Shown: positions 16,037 to 24,403 of the stretch, one piece after another
Numbering within the stretch: position 1 is the first letter of the stretch
Layout of the letters: each line of letters begins with the position of its first letter
IMG/VR virus record: IMGVR_UViG_3300008339_000210
Coordinates: 1 to 36,581 of that record
DNA from: a virus
Lineage: Duplodnaviria; Caudoviricetes
Length of the DNA stretch: 36,581 bases
Strand: one strand, 5' to 3'
Made by a program: the position numbers and the translations under genes
The notes under the pieces: generated by a model
The model's database searches: none
What the model saw: only the letters and a program-made list of their open reading frames with translations
What the model was told of the DNA's origin: nothing

Positions 16037-16158
16037 AATTTATTGTTGTTTCTTTTGTAGATTTTTTTAGAAGGTTTAACTTTTTGTACCATGTTACGCC
16101 TAATTATTTGAGCAACATGACGTTTATTTAAACCATCTATTTTATCTTTATTTTTCAC
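16027..16158 (-). CDS. small basic protein (43 aa, not in ORF track)
   Basis: GTG start; MKNKDKIDGLNKRHVAQIIRRNMVQKVKPSKKIYKRNNNKLDS; stop lies inside the tRNA. Confidence 0.5.
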   Translation of the reverse strand: MKNKDKIDGLNKRHVAQIIRRNMVQKVKPSKKIYKRNNNKLDS

Positions 16159-16164
16159 AACAAT

Positions 16165-16197
16165 GTAAATATACGAAAGAAAATTCAGATTTCCAAA
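16165..16197 (-). promoter_or_regulatory. Bacteroidota-type promoter
   Basis: TTTG-N20-TATATTTAC. Confidence 0.8.
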
Positions 16198-16413
16198 TTA
16201 TTCGTACATAATAATAAAATCACCAAAATATTTTTCCATAACCTCTAATAAATTTTCATAATCACCACTTGTTAGTTCTGTGTAAATAGGGTCCCAATTT
16301 AGACCCATTTTGTGACTTAGATCTTTAGCAACACCTAATAAAAAGAAAGCATTACCTTGTGGACCAGTAAGGTCGATTTCAATTTTACCTGATTGTGGGT
16401 TTTTAGTTCTCAT
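16198..16413 (-). CDS. hypothetical phage protein
   Basis: ATG at 16413; IDLTGPQGNAFFLLG...SGDYENLL. Confidence 0.75.
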   Translation of the reverse strand: MRTKNPQSGKIEIDLTGPQGNAFFLLGVAKDLSHKMGLNWDPIYTELTSGDYENLLEVMEKYFGDFIIMYE

Positions 16414-16427
16414 TTGTTTATTTGTAA

Positions 16428-16898
16428 TTATATTCCTAACTGTTTTCTTACTTCTTGACAGTGCTTGCAACCTTTATTGCGATCTTTAGCTCGGTAAAAC
16501 CCACTACAGTTACAACTAAGTTTTAAACCTGATTGTCTTACTGTGTAAAAATGACCTGGATCACTAGAGGATTCAAATTTCCAAGTGTTTTTTTCTTGGG
16601 GTTGATCTTTTACCTCAGGTTTAATCCAATTAATATCTTCAAATTGGGTTTTGGGATGAACTGGTTTCCAACCAGGGATAATAAATTTATCACCATTTGA
16701 ATCTACAAACAAGTGAGGTGTAATATAAGGATGAATGTAATCGTATTTAAATACACTCACCTTTTGAGAAATAATACTTGGTTCAGGTGTTTCTCCAAAA
16801 CAAGTAGAAGGGGAATACCTGATTACCTCAGTATTGTAGGTAATGGTATTCCCCAACAAATGGATTTTTTTAGTTTTTGTAATTTTTAATAGTGGCAT
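16428..16898 (-). CDS. SWIM zinc-finger protein
   Basis: YTV...CNCSGF...CKH. Confidence 0.8.
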   Translation of the reverse strand: MPLLKITKTKKIHLLGNTITYNTEVIRYSPSTCFGETPEPSIISQKVSVFKYDYIHPYITPHLFVDSNGDKFIIPGWKPVHPKTQFEDINWIKPEVKDQPQEKNTWKFESSSDPGHFYTVRQSGLKLSCNCSGFYRAKDRNKGCKHCQEVRKQLGI

Positions 16899-16918
16899 AA
16901 CCTTTATTTTCTTACCTT

Positions 16919-16951
16919 GTAAATATACGAAAGAAAATTCAGAAAGCCAAA
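16919..16951 (-). promoter_or_regulatory. Bacteroidota-type promoter
   Basis: TTTG-N20-TATATTTAC. Confidence 0.8.
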
Positions 16952-16966
16952 TAAAATTTAAAAAAA

Positions 16967-17230
16967 TTACTTATAGTATTGGCAGTACTTTGAGTCTTTT
17001 TCTAATTTTTTCTCAGTTTCCTTTTTTAGTCTATCAATGGTTGATTGTTTGATATGACCTTGAGGTAATTTTAATTTCTTATGGATTTCCTCAGATGTTT
17101 TACCACTGACTGCCCAACACCCAACTTTTAGGTCCTGCATAAAACCAGCTGCGCTGTCTTTAACGTTGATTTCTTTTACCACTTTAGAGATTTCCTCTCT
17201 GATGATTTGTCTTAGTTCAAATTGTTTCAT
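16967..17230 (-). CDS. hypothetical protein, possible virion internal protein
   Basis: N-terminal ELRQIIREEI; preceded by ATATTTATA. Confidence 0.65.
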   Translation of the reverse strand: MKQFELRQIIREEISKVVKEINVKDSAAGFMQDLKVGCWAVSGKTSEEIHKKLKLPQGHIKQSTIDRLKKETEKKLEKDSKYCQYYK

Positions 17231-17233
17231 AAT

Positions 17234-17242
17234 TATAAATAT
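17234..17242 (-). promoter_or_regulatory. candidate late-promoter motif ATATTTATA (also 20032-20040 and 31470-31478)
   Basis: intergenic, just upstream of starts, no -33 box. Confidence 0.45.
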
Positions 17243-17250
17243 ATTAAATT

Positions 17251-17421
17251 TTAAGATGCTTGTTGTTTATGATAATTTTCTTGTATTATTTGTAAATCTA
17301 ATGTGAGAGCCATACATAATGTTTCTATACTACTCCAATCTGCCAACACCATTCTGCATAATATTTCATCAGGAATTGAATAGAAATAATTGAGGACATC
17401 ACCATATTGTTCAGTCTTCAT
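17251..17421 (-). CDS. small protein (56 aa, not in ORF track)
   Basis: MKTEQYGDVLNYFYSIPDEILCRM... Confidence 0.55.
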   Translation of the reverse strand: MKTEQYGDVLNYFYSIPDEILCRMVLADWSSIETLCMALTLDLQIIQENYHKQQAS

Positions 17422-17536
17422 ATTCGAGATCTTTCAACCATTGAGGTTGTTTTCTTTTAGGCTTATATTTTTTCTGGATTTCTTTAAGCCAAATGTTAAG
17501 TGTTTCTACTCTTTGTTTGTTTGAAGTTTTACTCAT
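17411..17536 (-). CDS. small protein (41 aa, not in ORF track)
   Basis: MSKTSNKQRVETLNIWLKEIQKKYKPKRKQPQWLKDLEYED. Confidence 0.55.
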   Translation of the reverse strand: MSKTSNKQRVETLNIWLKEIQKKYKPKRKQPQWLKDLEYED

Positions 17537-17538
17537 AG

Positions 17539-17685
17539 TTATCTTCCTTGTCCTTGATATTTCTTTTTATATAATTTACTTTGTTTTAATTTACTATGTT
17601 TTGTTTTTGCATGTACACCTGGTCTTCTTACTTTTGGTTTTACTTTATGTAATATAGTTGCACTTGTTGATTTTCTAGCGGCCAT
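17539..17685 (-). CDS. small highly basic protein ending YQGQGR (48 aa, not in ORF track)
   Basis: MAARKS...RRPGVHAKTK...YKKKYQGQGR. Confidence 0.7.
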   Translation of the reverse strand: MAARKSTSATILHKVKPKVRRPGVHAKTKHSKLKQSKLYKKKYQGQGR

Positions 17686-17709
17686 ATCAATACATATGGA
17701 TCCTTTTTA

Positions 17710-18252
17710 TCAAAGTTTAACCCATTTATCTTTATAGTTTTTTACCGAACCAACATATAAAGCATACTCATTTTTAATAGGTCTACCCGAATTGTATGCA
17801 CCTGCAACCAACGTCCAATCTTTATGAATATTAAACCAATATTTAAGCATTTTCATACTTATTTGAACATTAAAATCAACATTGTAAAGTAATTCATTTT
17901 CTGTAACATGTTTACCCGCAAAATAATGAGCATATTTAGGAATAATTTGCATAGCTCCCTTTGCACCAGCATTAGAATGTTGAATAGGATTATAATTCCA
18001 ATGGAATGGACCTTTATATCCTGTTTCTTTATATGCTATATTGTAGGCAACATATTTTGGGATTTTAAAACTATCACTCCATTTTTCAATAGATTCATAC
18101 ATTTGAAGTGATACTACAGAATTAATTTTCTGTTCAAGAGAATCAAGTCGTTTGTTGGTATTATATATCATCAAACTCATTTTTCCATATACCAGCACTG
18201 ATAATATTCCTATTACCAGTATGATATACCAAAGTTTTATTTTATTGAACAT
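17710..18252 (-). CDS. lytic transglycosylase (SLT) with N-terminal TM
   Basis: AYKETG, GAKGAMQI, AYNSG. Confidence 0.88.
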   Translation of the reverse strand: MFNKIKLWYIILVIGILSVLVYGKMSLMIYNTNKRLDSLEQKINSVVSLQMYESIEKWSDSFKIPKYVAYNIAYKETGYKGPFHWNYNPIQHSNAGAKGAMQIIPKYAHYFAGKHVTENELLYNVDFNVQISMKMLKYWFNIHKDWTLVAGAYNSGRPIKNEYALYVGSVKNYKDKWVKL

Positions 18253-18631
18253 TTGATTTTAAAATATTTTTTGCATTTTTTAGTCCTAATTCCCTCAATT
18301 TAGATTTAAACTGTTCAATTTCTTTTGATACAGAAATATGAAACTGACCACTTATTGTTTTGTTTGGGAAACAAGTATTTAGTAAGTTAAGTATTTCTTC
18401 TCTGTTATATACTGGGTTTTTATAAGCATAATACTCTTGGTATTGTTCTGCTGGAGTGAAATATTCTGGATTTTCCATTACTTGACCCTTGGACAAGTAA
18501 CTCTTATTGTGGGGAGAAACCCACAATGTTTTATCATAATAGAAACAATTTTCATTTTCACTCCACTTTACTTCGGTACCCACATCAGCATCAGGTAATT
18601 CCTTAATAACAATGTATAACTTATTTTCCAT
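18242..18631 (-). CDS. hypothetical protein
   Basis: 129-aa ORF. Confidence 0.7.
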   Translation of the reverse strand: MENKLYIVIKELPDADVGTEVKWSENENCFYYDKTLWVSPHNKSYLSKGQVMENPEYFTPAEQYQEYYAYKNPVYNREEILNLLNTCFPNKTISGQFHISVSKEIEQFKSKLRELGLKNAKNILKSNVQ

Positions 18632-18927
18632 TATTCAACTGTATTTACAATTTTAGATGCATACATTTTAAATACTGCTTTTCCCACAGAATCACTGTAA
18701 ATAACGTATTTACCTGTTTTACGATCCATGATAATAAGTTTATCTTCAGAATCCACAGCAATTCGAACTTCTTTGTTCAAAATAGTTTCATTTACTGCTT
18801 GTGGTTTTACTTTTAATTCCTGAAAGTAATAACCTAGACCAAACCCAGCAATCAAAGTAGTTACTACAATGAGAGAGTTCATGAATCGAATAGCAATTGT
18901 TTTGATTTGTTGTTTATTGATTTTCAT
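18631..18927 (-). CDS. single-TM membrane protein
   Basis: SLIVVTTLIAGFGLGYYF. Confidence 0.7.
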   Translation of the reverse strand: MKINKQQIKTIAIRFMNSLIVVTTLIAGFGLGYYFQELKVKPQAVNETILNKEVRIAVDSEDKLIIMDRKTGKYVIYSDSVGKAVFKMYASKIVNTVE

Positions 18928-18938
18928 AACTTTGTTTT

Positions 18939-19460
18939 TTATTTTTTGTAAAATATAAATCCTTTAAAATCATCTCCCAAATTAGTATCAGTAAATGACC
19001 AACCAGGAAATTTAGATAAATTTTTCAATAAAATAGTTTTATATAGTCTTCCTTTTTGAGGATCTGTTTTAGATAAAATAAAATCCTCATTTTTATTCCC
19101 AGCAAAAAAGGTTATTCCTGAGGGAGATTCATTGGTAATAAAATCTTTTAATATATCAAAAACTGTTTTAATAATTTTGATTAAGGAAATATAATCATCT
19201 TTTTTATATTGGGATTGTTTTCCTTGTAAAGAATAAGACACATTATATACTTTTGTTGGGTTTGGGATATTAGAACTAAATTCTATTGATTCAAGGTCAT
19301 TTTTATCATATAGTTGGAAATCAACATATATTTTATCTCCGTCTTTATCTAAGAAATTATATTTGATTTTAGATATTTTATTCCATTCATAAGGAGTAAT
19401 ATTTTCTAAATCACCTACTTCTTTTATTATTTGTTCATATAATAATACAAGTTTAATCAT
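18939..19460 (-). CDS. hypothetical protein
   Basis: MIKLVLLYEQIIKE N-terminus; 173 aa. Confidence 0.7.
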   Translation of the reverse strand: MIKLVLLYEQIIKEVGDLENITPYEWNKISKIKYNFLDKDGDKIYVDFQLYDKNDLESIEFSSNIPNPTKVYNVSYSLQGKQSQYKKDDYISLIKIIKTVFDILKDFITNESPSGITFFAGNKNEDFILSKTDPQKGRLYKTILLKNLSKFPGWSFTDTNLGDDFKGFIFYKK

Positions 19461-19471
19461 TTGTTATACAT

Positions 19472-19503
19472 CTAATATAATAATATTTCTTGACAAATCC
19501 AAA
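19472..19503 (-). promoter_or_regulatory. degenerate Bacteroidota-type promoter
   Basis: TTTG-N20-TATATTAG. Confidence 0.5.
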
Positions 19504-19504
19504 T

Positions 19505-19846
19505 TTAATTTGAATTCTTTTTGGGCCTACCCCGTTTTTTTACAACGGGGGTAGTTTTCAAAAGTTTAATTGAGTCAACAATTCTTTGACAATCCTCATA
19601 CCATTCTTCTCTTTCATAAACAGGTAGATTTTCTTGTAAAATGTCAATAAAATTATCTCGGTTGGCTGTAATATCTATGATTTCACCTTCTTCCATACAA
19701 TTTACAGAAAGCACGTGAATATGTTTTTTACTTGTTTTAATATTTTTTAAAATACCATCAACAATAGCTTTAGATATTCTGCTGTCTCTACGATCTACCA
19801 ACTCCTGAAATTCCTCAGAATTGTTAACTGTTATTTCTAGTCCCAT
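19505..19846 (-). CDS. hypothetical protein with UVR-like helix and AT-hook-like tail
   Basis: EEWYEDCQRI; KKRGRPKK. Confidence 0.7.
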   Translation of the reverse strand: MGLEITVNNSEEFQELVDRRDSRISKAIVDGILKNIKTSKKHIHVLSVNCMEEGEIIDITANRDNFIDILQENLPVYEREEWYEDCQRIVDSIKLLKTTPVVKKRGRPKKNSN

Positions 19847-20028
19847 AGGTTTAAAAAATTTGTGTTTATGTTCTTTTCTCTCAATTTATCGAATTTTTCT
19901 TGATTCTCCAACATTTGGGTAGAAAGTTTTTCAAGTTGTTTGCGTTTTTGATTTTCAAAATCATTAACAATTAAATCGTGTTTTTTATGTTTTCCCTTCT
20001 TCAATAAAGGAACTTGTTTTTTACCCAC
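19837..20028 (-). CDS. hypothetical protein
   Basis: 63-aa ORF, GTG start after ATATTTATA. Confidence 0.6.
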   Translation of the reverse strand: MGKKQVPLLKKGKHKKHDLIVNDFENQKRKQLEKLSTQMLENQEKFDKLREKNINTNFLNLWD

Positions 20029-20040
20029 GATTATAAATAT

Positions 20041-20685
20041 TTAAAGACGAGAAATATATTCAGAACCATCTTCAGGAGGTTTTGATTCATATAAACCTAA
20101 TTCCTTTAAACGTTGTTGGGTGTAATCATCTATTTCCCAATCCACTTTTGATTGATTTTTAACAACATGATCTTCAATACCTTCCAATTGTTTATTGGTA
20201 AATAAATCTCCTTGATATAGAAAAAAACAATTATAACATAACAGTTCTAAATTACCTAAAGTATAATGTTGTTTGTTTCCATTTTTGAAATTCAACAATA
20301 GGGGTGATTTATAATCTAAAACTCTATGTTCACAAAAACCACATTTATTACACTCTTCTTTTAAGTAACCTTCTCTTATTAATCTCCGTTTAATTTTATT
20401 TGGATCAAAGGAAGATGGATCTATTCTCCCCTCCAATAAATCTTTTAAAGCAAAATCCTTTTTTGAATGTCCATCTCTCAAAAATTTACTAATACCTTTA
20501 CCTGAAGGGTTTTTGTGTTGCTCAAATAAATTAGCATGTCCTGGTTCTGTTGCTTCATAAAATTTCATCCATTTTTTCAAATGGGTATATGAAACATTTA
20601 AATACCTTGCTCCTGCTCTAACCGATTTGGTTTTAGCCATTGCCGCAAGTATTAGTTCTTTAGGTAAAGGTTTTGGTAATGGCAT
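20041..20685 (-). CDS. HTH plus degenerate HNH-fold protein
   Basis: SVRAGARYLNVSY (HTH); CNKC...NG..NLELLCYNC. Confidence 0.75.
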   Translation of the reverse strand: MPLPKPLPKELILAAMAKTKSVRAGARYLNVSYTHLKKWMKFYEATEPGHANLFEQHKNPSGKGISKFLRDGHSKKDFALKDLLEGRIDPSSFDPNKIKRRLIREGYLKEECNKCGFCEHRVLDYKSPLLLNFKNGNKQHYTLGNLELLCYNCFFLYQGDLFTNKQLEGIEDHVVKNQSKVDWEIDDYTQQRLKELGLYESKPPEDGSEYISRL

Positions 20686-20686
20686 A

Positions 20687-20977
20687 TTATTTTAATTTAG
20701 TTTCCCTAAATCCATAAGGAATTTCTGAGTTTTCTTCTGGGTTGTCTAAGTGGGATTTTGTTTTGTGGAGTTTATTTTCAGCTTCCATGTATGCTTTATA
20801 TTGTTCATGTTCTAGATGAATAGTTTCTATCCATGTATGATCTCCTTCTCCTTTCATTACGGTAATGACTCCTTTTTTCTGTACATCAGAACAACTCACA
20901 CATCTAGTAGTATTAGGTAAAATTTCTAATCTTTTTGGGTGGATTGGTTGTTTACATTTCACACAAAGTTTATTCAT
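20687..20977 (-). CDS. DksA/TraR-type C4 zinc-finger protein
   Basis: CVKCKQPIHPKRLEILPNTTRCVSC. Confidence 0.85.
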   Translation of the reverse strand: MNKLCVKCKQPIHPKRLEILPNTTRCVSCSDVQKKGVITVMKGEGDHTWIETIHLEHEQYKAYMEAENKLHKTKSHLDNPEENSEIPYGFRETKLK

Positions 20978-21329
20978 TTATATCTAGTTTTTTTAAAAAT
21001 TCCCAAAGTTCATCAATTGTTTTCAAATATACATCTTCTGTGTTTTGATCTTCATCTTCAAATTCAATAGGCAATAATTTACCTTCTTCATCAAACCGAG
21101 CATAAATCCACCATATAATTATTTCTGTTTTATTTTCCCCATACAATAATAATATGAAATTCTCGATAACTGCTAAATATGGTTCAATAAAAGATGAAAC
21201 ATCAATTCCATAATTGTCCGCTAATTCTAATTCTCTGTTTCCACAATAATCTAAAGTTTCAACAATGTTTTTGAAAATATCTTTTTCTGTTATTTGATGT
21301 TTTCGTTTATTTAAATTTAAATGATTCAT
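20970..21329 (-). CDS. hypothetical phage protein
   Basis: IIWWIY...TIDELWEFL. Confidence 0.7.
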   Translation of the reverse strand: MNHLNLNKRKHQITEKDIFKNIVETLDYCGNRELELADNYGIDVSSFIEPYLAVIENFILLLYGENKTEIIIWWIYARFDEEGKLLPIEFEDEDQNTEDVYLKTIDELWEFLKKLDINE

Positions 21330-21484
21330 ATAATTTGTTTAACACCAAATATTTGTAAAAATTGTTTTAAAGATAAATGTTTTCTTGAGGCAAAATATTT
21401 TGCTGCCCCCAACCTAGAAACATCTACTGTTCTACCAATAGTTTCTTTGGTTTCGTCTTGTTTACTGTAAAACCCGTATACCAT
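21326..21484 (-). CDS. small protein (52 aa, not in ORF track)
   Basis: MVYGFYSKQD...AAKYFASRKHLSLKQFLQIFGV; ATGA overlap. Confidence 0.65.
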   Translation of the reverse strand: MVYGFYSKQDETKETIGRTVDVSRLGAAKYFASRKHLSLKQFLQIFGVKQII

Positions 21485-21493
21485 AATTGTAAT

Positions 21494-21525
21494 TAAATAT
21501 AATTAAACTGTTTTGAATTTCCAAG
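21494..21525 (-). promoter_or_regulatory. degenerate Bacteroidota-type promoter
   Basis: CTTG-N20-TATATTTA. Confidence 0.5.
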
Positions 21526-21526
21526 T

Positions 21527-22405
21527 TTAAATTACCTCAAATTCTATTTCTATATCTGAAAATCCCCAGTTTTCTGAATTTGTTGTTTTTTCTTGGAATG
21601 TTATTGCTCTGTGAATATCGTTGGCTTTTTTATTGATACCCTCAGCATAACCTCCTCCACCCCAACCTTTAGAACCATGGTTTATATGAAACATAGGAGG
21701 ATTAAAAATAGCTTTTAAACCAAACCCATGTTTAACTGCTTTTTTCTGAACATTAGTATCAGCATATAAAGGATATATAAGTTCTTCTTCAAATCCTCTA
21801 ATTTCATTCCATACATGTTTAGGGGCTATCTGAAAATCCCCACAACAATTAATTATACTGTAATCATCTCCATCAACTGTTTTTTCTTCAACTATACGTT
21901 TTTCAGAATTAACATAAATATAATCTCTAAGCTTATCCCATTCATGAAATTTAAGTTCACCTCCATGAAATTCTTTAATAATTTCCCAAGTAACTTCTCT
22001 ACGACTTAAAGTAATCATAGTATTGTTATCACTTTTATTAATTATTTTTTCAACATCTTCTTGTTTTGGATGGATGATATCAATATTGGTTGAAACAATA
22101 TAATCTCCTTCAGCTCTACGAATACCAATATTTCGAGCCAATACCTCACAACATAATTGAGCATGTGAATTATACCCGGTAAGTTGAGAAGCAGCTGATG
22201 GTGGGATAACAAAATGTTTTAGATTACCTTTTAATTGAAGATTATCTTTAATATCCCAAAGTAAACTATGGGTGGGTGAATTCCAATCAACATATATTAC
22301 TTCATCATATGTGTTAATAGCTGAATTAATAGCGTATGTTGCTCGTTCATTTAAATGACCTCCATAGTTATCATTTCTTGAAATTATAACTGCTGTAATT
22401 TTCAT
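21527..22405 (-). CDS. GT-A fold glycosyltransferase-like protein
   Basis: RNDNYGG, VDWNS, ARNIGIRRA, TNIDI, GDFQ, GFEE. Confidence 0.75.
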   Translation of the reverse strand: MKITAVIISRNDNYGGHLNERATYAINSAINTYDEVIYVDWNSPTHSLLWDIKDNLQLKGNLKHFVIPPSAASQLTGYNSHAQLCCEVLARNIGIRRAEGDYIVSTNIDIIHPKQEDVEKIINKSDNNTMITLSRREVTWEIIKEFHGGELKFHEWDKLRDYIYVNSEKRIVEEKTVDGDDYSIINCCGDFQIAPKHVWNEIRGFEEELIYPLYADTNVQKKAVKHGFGLKAIFNPPMFHINHGSKGWGGGGYAEGINKKANDIHRAITFQEKTTNSENWGFSDIEIEFEVI

Positions 22406-23337
22406 GAGAATTGTTTTCTATATATGTTCCAAAATTGTTTAGTTTTTTCTGGGAGAAAGAGTTCAAAACTTTCTAAATAATTAAGTAAATTAAGAGTGTT
22501 TCTATACCCAATAATTTCATTTTCCATGTTAGTAATTAAATCTTGAACATTACGATCTTGATAAACGGTTGCTTTATTATATATTACTGAATTAGGGAAA
22601 TAATGTTGTACAATATAAGCACCCCAAATATCATCCATTCTGCCAATATGAGGTAATACAGCATAATAAGGGATTACTTCACGAGCTAAAAATGTATTTT
22701 GGGAATTAAAAGGTGCTAATTGATTAGAACAAAAAGGTTCAAATTTATCAAATTTAACTATTGGTTTTTTACTCAATCGACATATTGCATCAATATCAGG
22801 GTCTCCATCCCAAAAATCGGCTTGAATTAATACTTTACGAGTAATTTTACCTTTATATTCAATATTATTTTTTTCAGGTACATACTCAATAGGATAACCT
22901 CTATGCCAAAGATCATTATGAGTGGTTGGTGAAATAGGGTCAAAAATGTTATATTTATTGTGTTGATAACAATCAACTTCAACAACTTTATTAACTAATA
23001 AATTATCTCCCCAATTATCATAAGGAATATTATCATCATCAACAGTAGCTATAATATCTGCCCCTTGATCATAAGCATAAACAAACCCAATATTTCTTCT
23101 TTGAATTGTTCTCCATCCTATTATTTCAGATAATTCGGGATATAACGCTGTTTGCGTGTCAGGATGTAGATAAATAAAATTATTATAATGTCTTTCTAAT
23201 AATTCGTACATACCGTGAGGAGTCTTTAAATCCCCAACAACTACAAATGTAAAATCTTTTTTATCTGCAATATCACCAAACTTGAGGGTGGCTTGTGTTG
23301 GTTCATTAATTGTTGTTGTAATTATAAATTTTTTCAT
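22402..23337 (-). CDS. STELLO/RGP (GT75-related) family protein, possible NDP-sugar mutase or glycosyltransferase
   Basis: ITTTIN, VVGDLKTP, RRNIGF, TVDDDN, WHRGYP, DPDIDAI, NSQNT, RMDDIWG. Confidence 0.75.
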   Translation of the reverse strand: MKKFIITTTINEPTQATLKFGDIADKKDFTFVVVGDLKTPHGMYELLERHYNNFIYLHPDTQTALYPELSEIIGWRTIQRRNIGFVYAYDQGADIIATVDDDNIPYDNWGDNLLVNKVVEVDCYQHNKYNIFDPISPTTHNDLWHRGYPIEYVPEKNNIEYKGKITRKVLIQADFWDGDPDIDAICRLSKKPIVKFDKFEPFCSNQLAPFNSQNTFLAREVIPYYAVLPHIGRMDDIWGAYIVQHYFPNSVIYNKATVYQDRNVQDLITNMENEIIGYRNTLNLLNYLESFELFLPEKTKQFWNIYRKQFS

Positions 23338-23338
23338 A

Positions 23339-24382
23339 TTATTTGTATACTTGTTTGTGAATCCATTCAAATGTTTTTTTCATACCTTCATAAAGGGGTT
23401 TAGTTGGTTCCCATCCCATTTTTTCTTTAAAAAGTTTATTATCTGAGTTTCTACCTCTAACTCCTACAGGACATTTAAATCCATATTTGGTTTTAAATTC
23501 TTCTCCCATAATGTTTTTAATATATGACCTTTCATTTTTCCCAGCAATAGAAAGGGCCATTTTCGCCAGTTGATTGATAGTGATCATTTCTTCTGATCCT
23601 ATATTTACGGGACCTTTAAATTCATCTTGTCTCATAAACTTTAAGATAGCTTTGATACATTCATCAATGTATAAAAATGAACGAGTTTGTTTACCATCCC
23701 CCCATACTTCAATATATTCATCCATCCCAACCTCAGCTGCTTTACGACACATTGCTGCAGGGGCTTTTTCTTTACCACCATCCCAAGTTCCCATAGGTCC
23801 AAAAATGTTGTGAAAACGAGCTACCCTAACATCTAAACCATAATTACGACTGAATGCTAAAAATAAACGTTCACTAAATAATTTTTCCCAACCATATTCT
23901 GAATCAGGGTTAGCTGGGTAAGCTGAAGATTCTTCACAATTTGGGTTTTCAGGGTTCAATTGGTTGTGTTCAGGATACATACAAGCTGACGAACTATAAA
24001 ATATTTTTTTTATTGAATTTTTAACAGCTTCATTTACAACGTTTAAATTAATTAATGCTGAATTGTGCATTACGTTGGAATCATTTTCCCCTGTAAAGAT
24101 ATACCCAGCTCCTCCCATATCTGCTGCTAACTGGTATACTTCGTCAAAGGAATTTACTGTGTCGTATAAAGAAGTTTGATTTGGAGCAAACATGATTTTA
24201 GATACTAAATTAGGGTCTCTTAAATCCCCACAAATATATTCATCACAAATGTCTTTATGTTCCCAATATTCATGTTTTTCTTTAATATCTACTATTCTTA
24301 CCCAAAATCCTTCATCTTTTAATCTTTTTGAAAGGTGTCCTCCAATAAATCCTCCACCCCCTAATACTAATGCTGTTTTCAT
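23339..24382 (-). CDS. GDP-mannose 3,5-epimerase-like NAD-dependent epimerase
   Basis: GGGGFIG, LAADMGGAGYI, SSSACMYP, YGWEK, EKAPAAMCRK, GVRGRNSDN. Confidence 0.88.
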   Translation of the reverse strand: MKTALVLGGGGFIGGHLSKRLKDEGFWVRIVDIKEKHEYWEHKDICDEYICGDLRDPNLVSKIMFAPNQTSLYDTVNSFDEVYQLAADMGGAGYIFTGENDSNVMHNSALINLNVVNEAVKNSIKKIFYSSSACMYPEHNQLNPENPNCEESSAYPANPDSEYGWEKLFSERLFLAFSRNYGLDVRVARFHNIFGPMGTWDGGKEKAPAAMCRKAAEVGMDEYIEVWGDGKQTRSFLYIDECIKAILKFMRQDEFKGPVNIGSEEMITINQLAKMALSIAGKNERSYIKNIMGEEFKTKYGFKCPVGVRGRNSDNKLFKEKMGWEPTKPLYEGMKKTFEWIHKQVYK

Positions 24383-24403
24383 ATTTATTAATTTATTAAT
24401 TAA

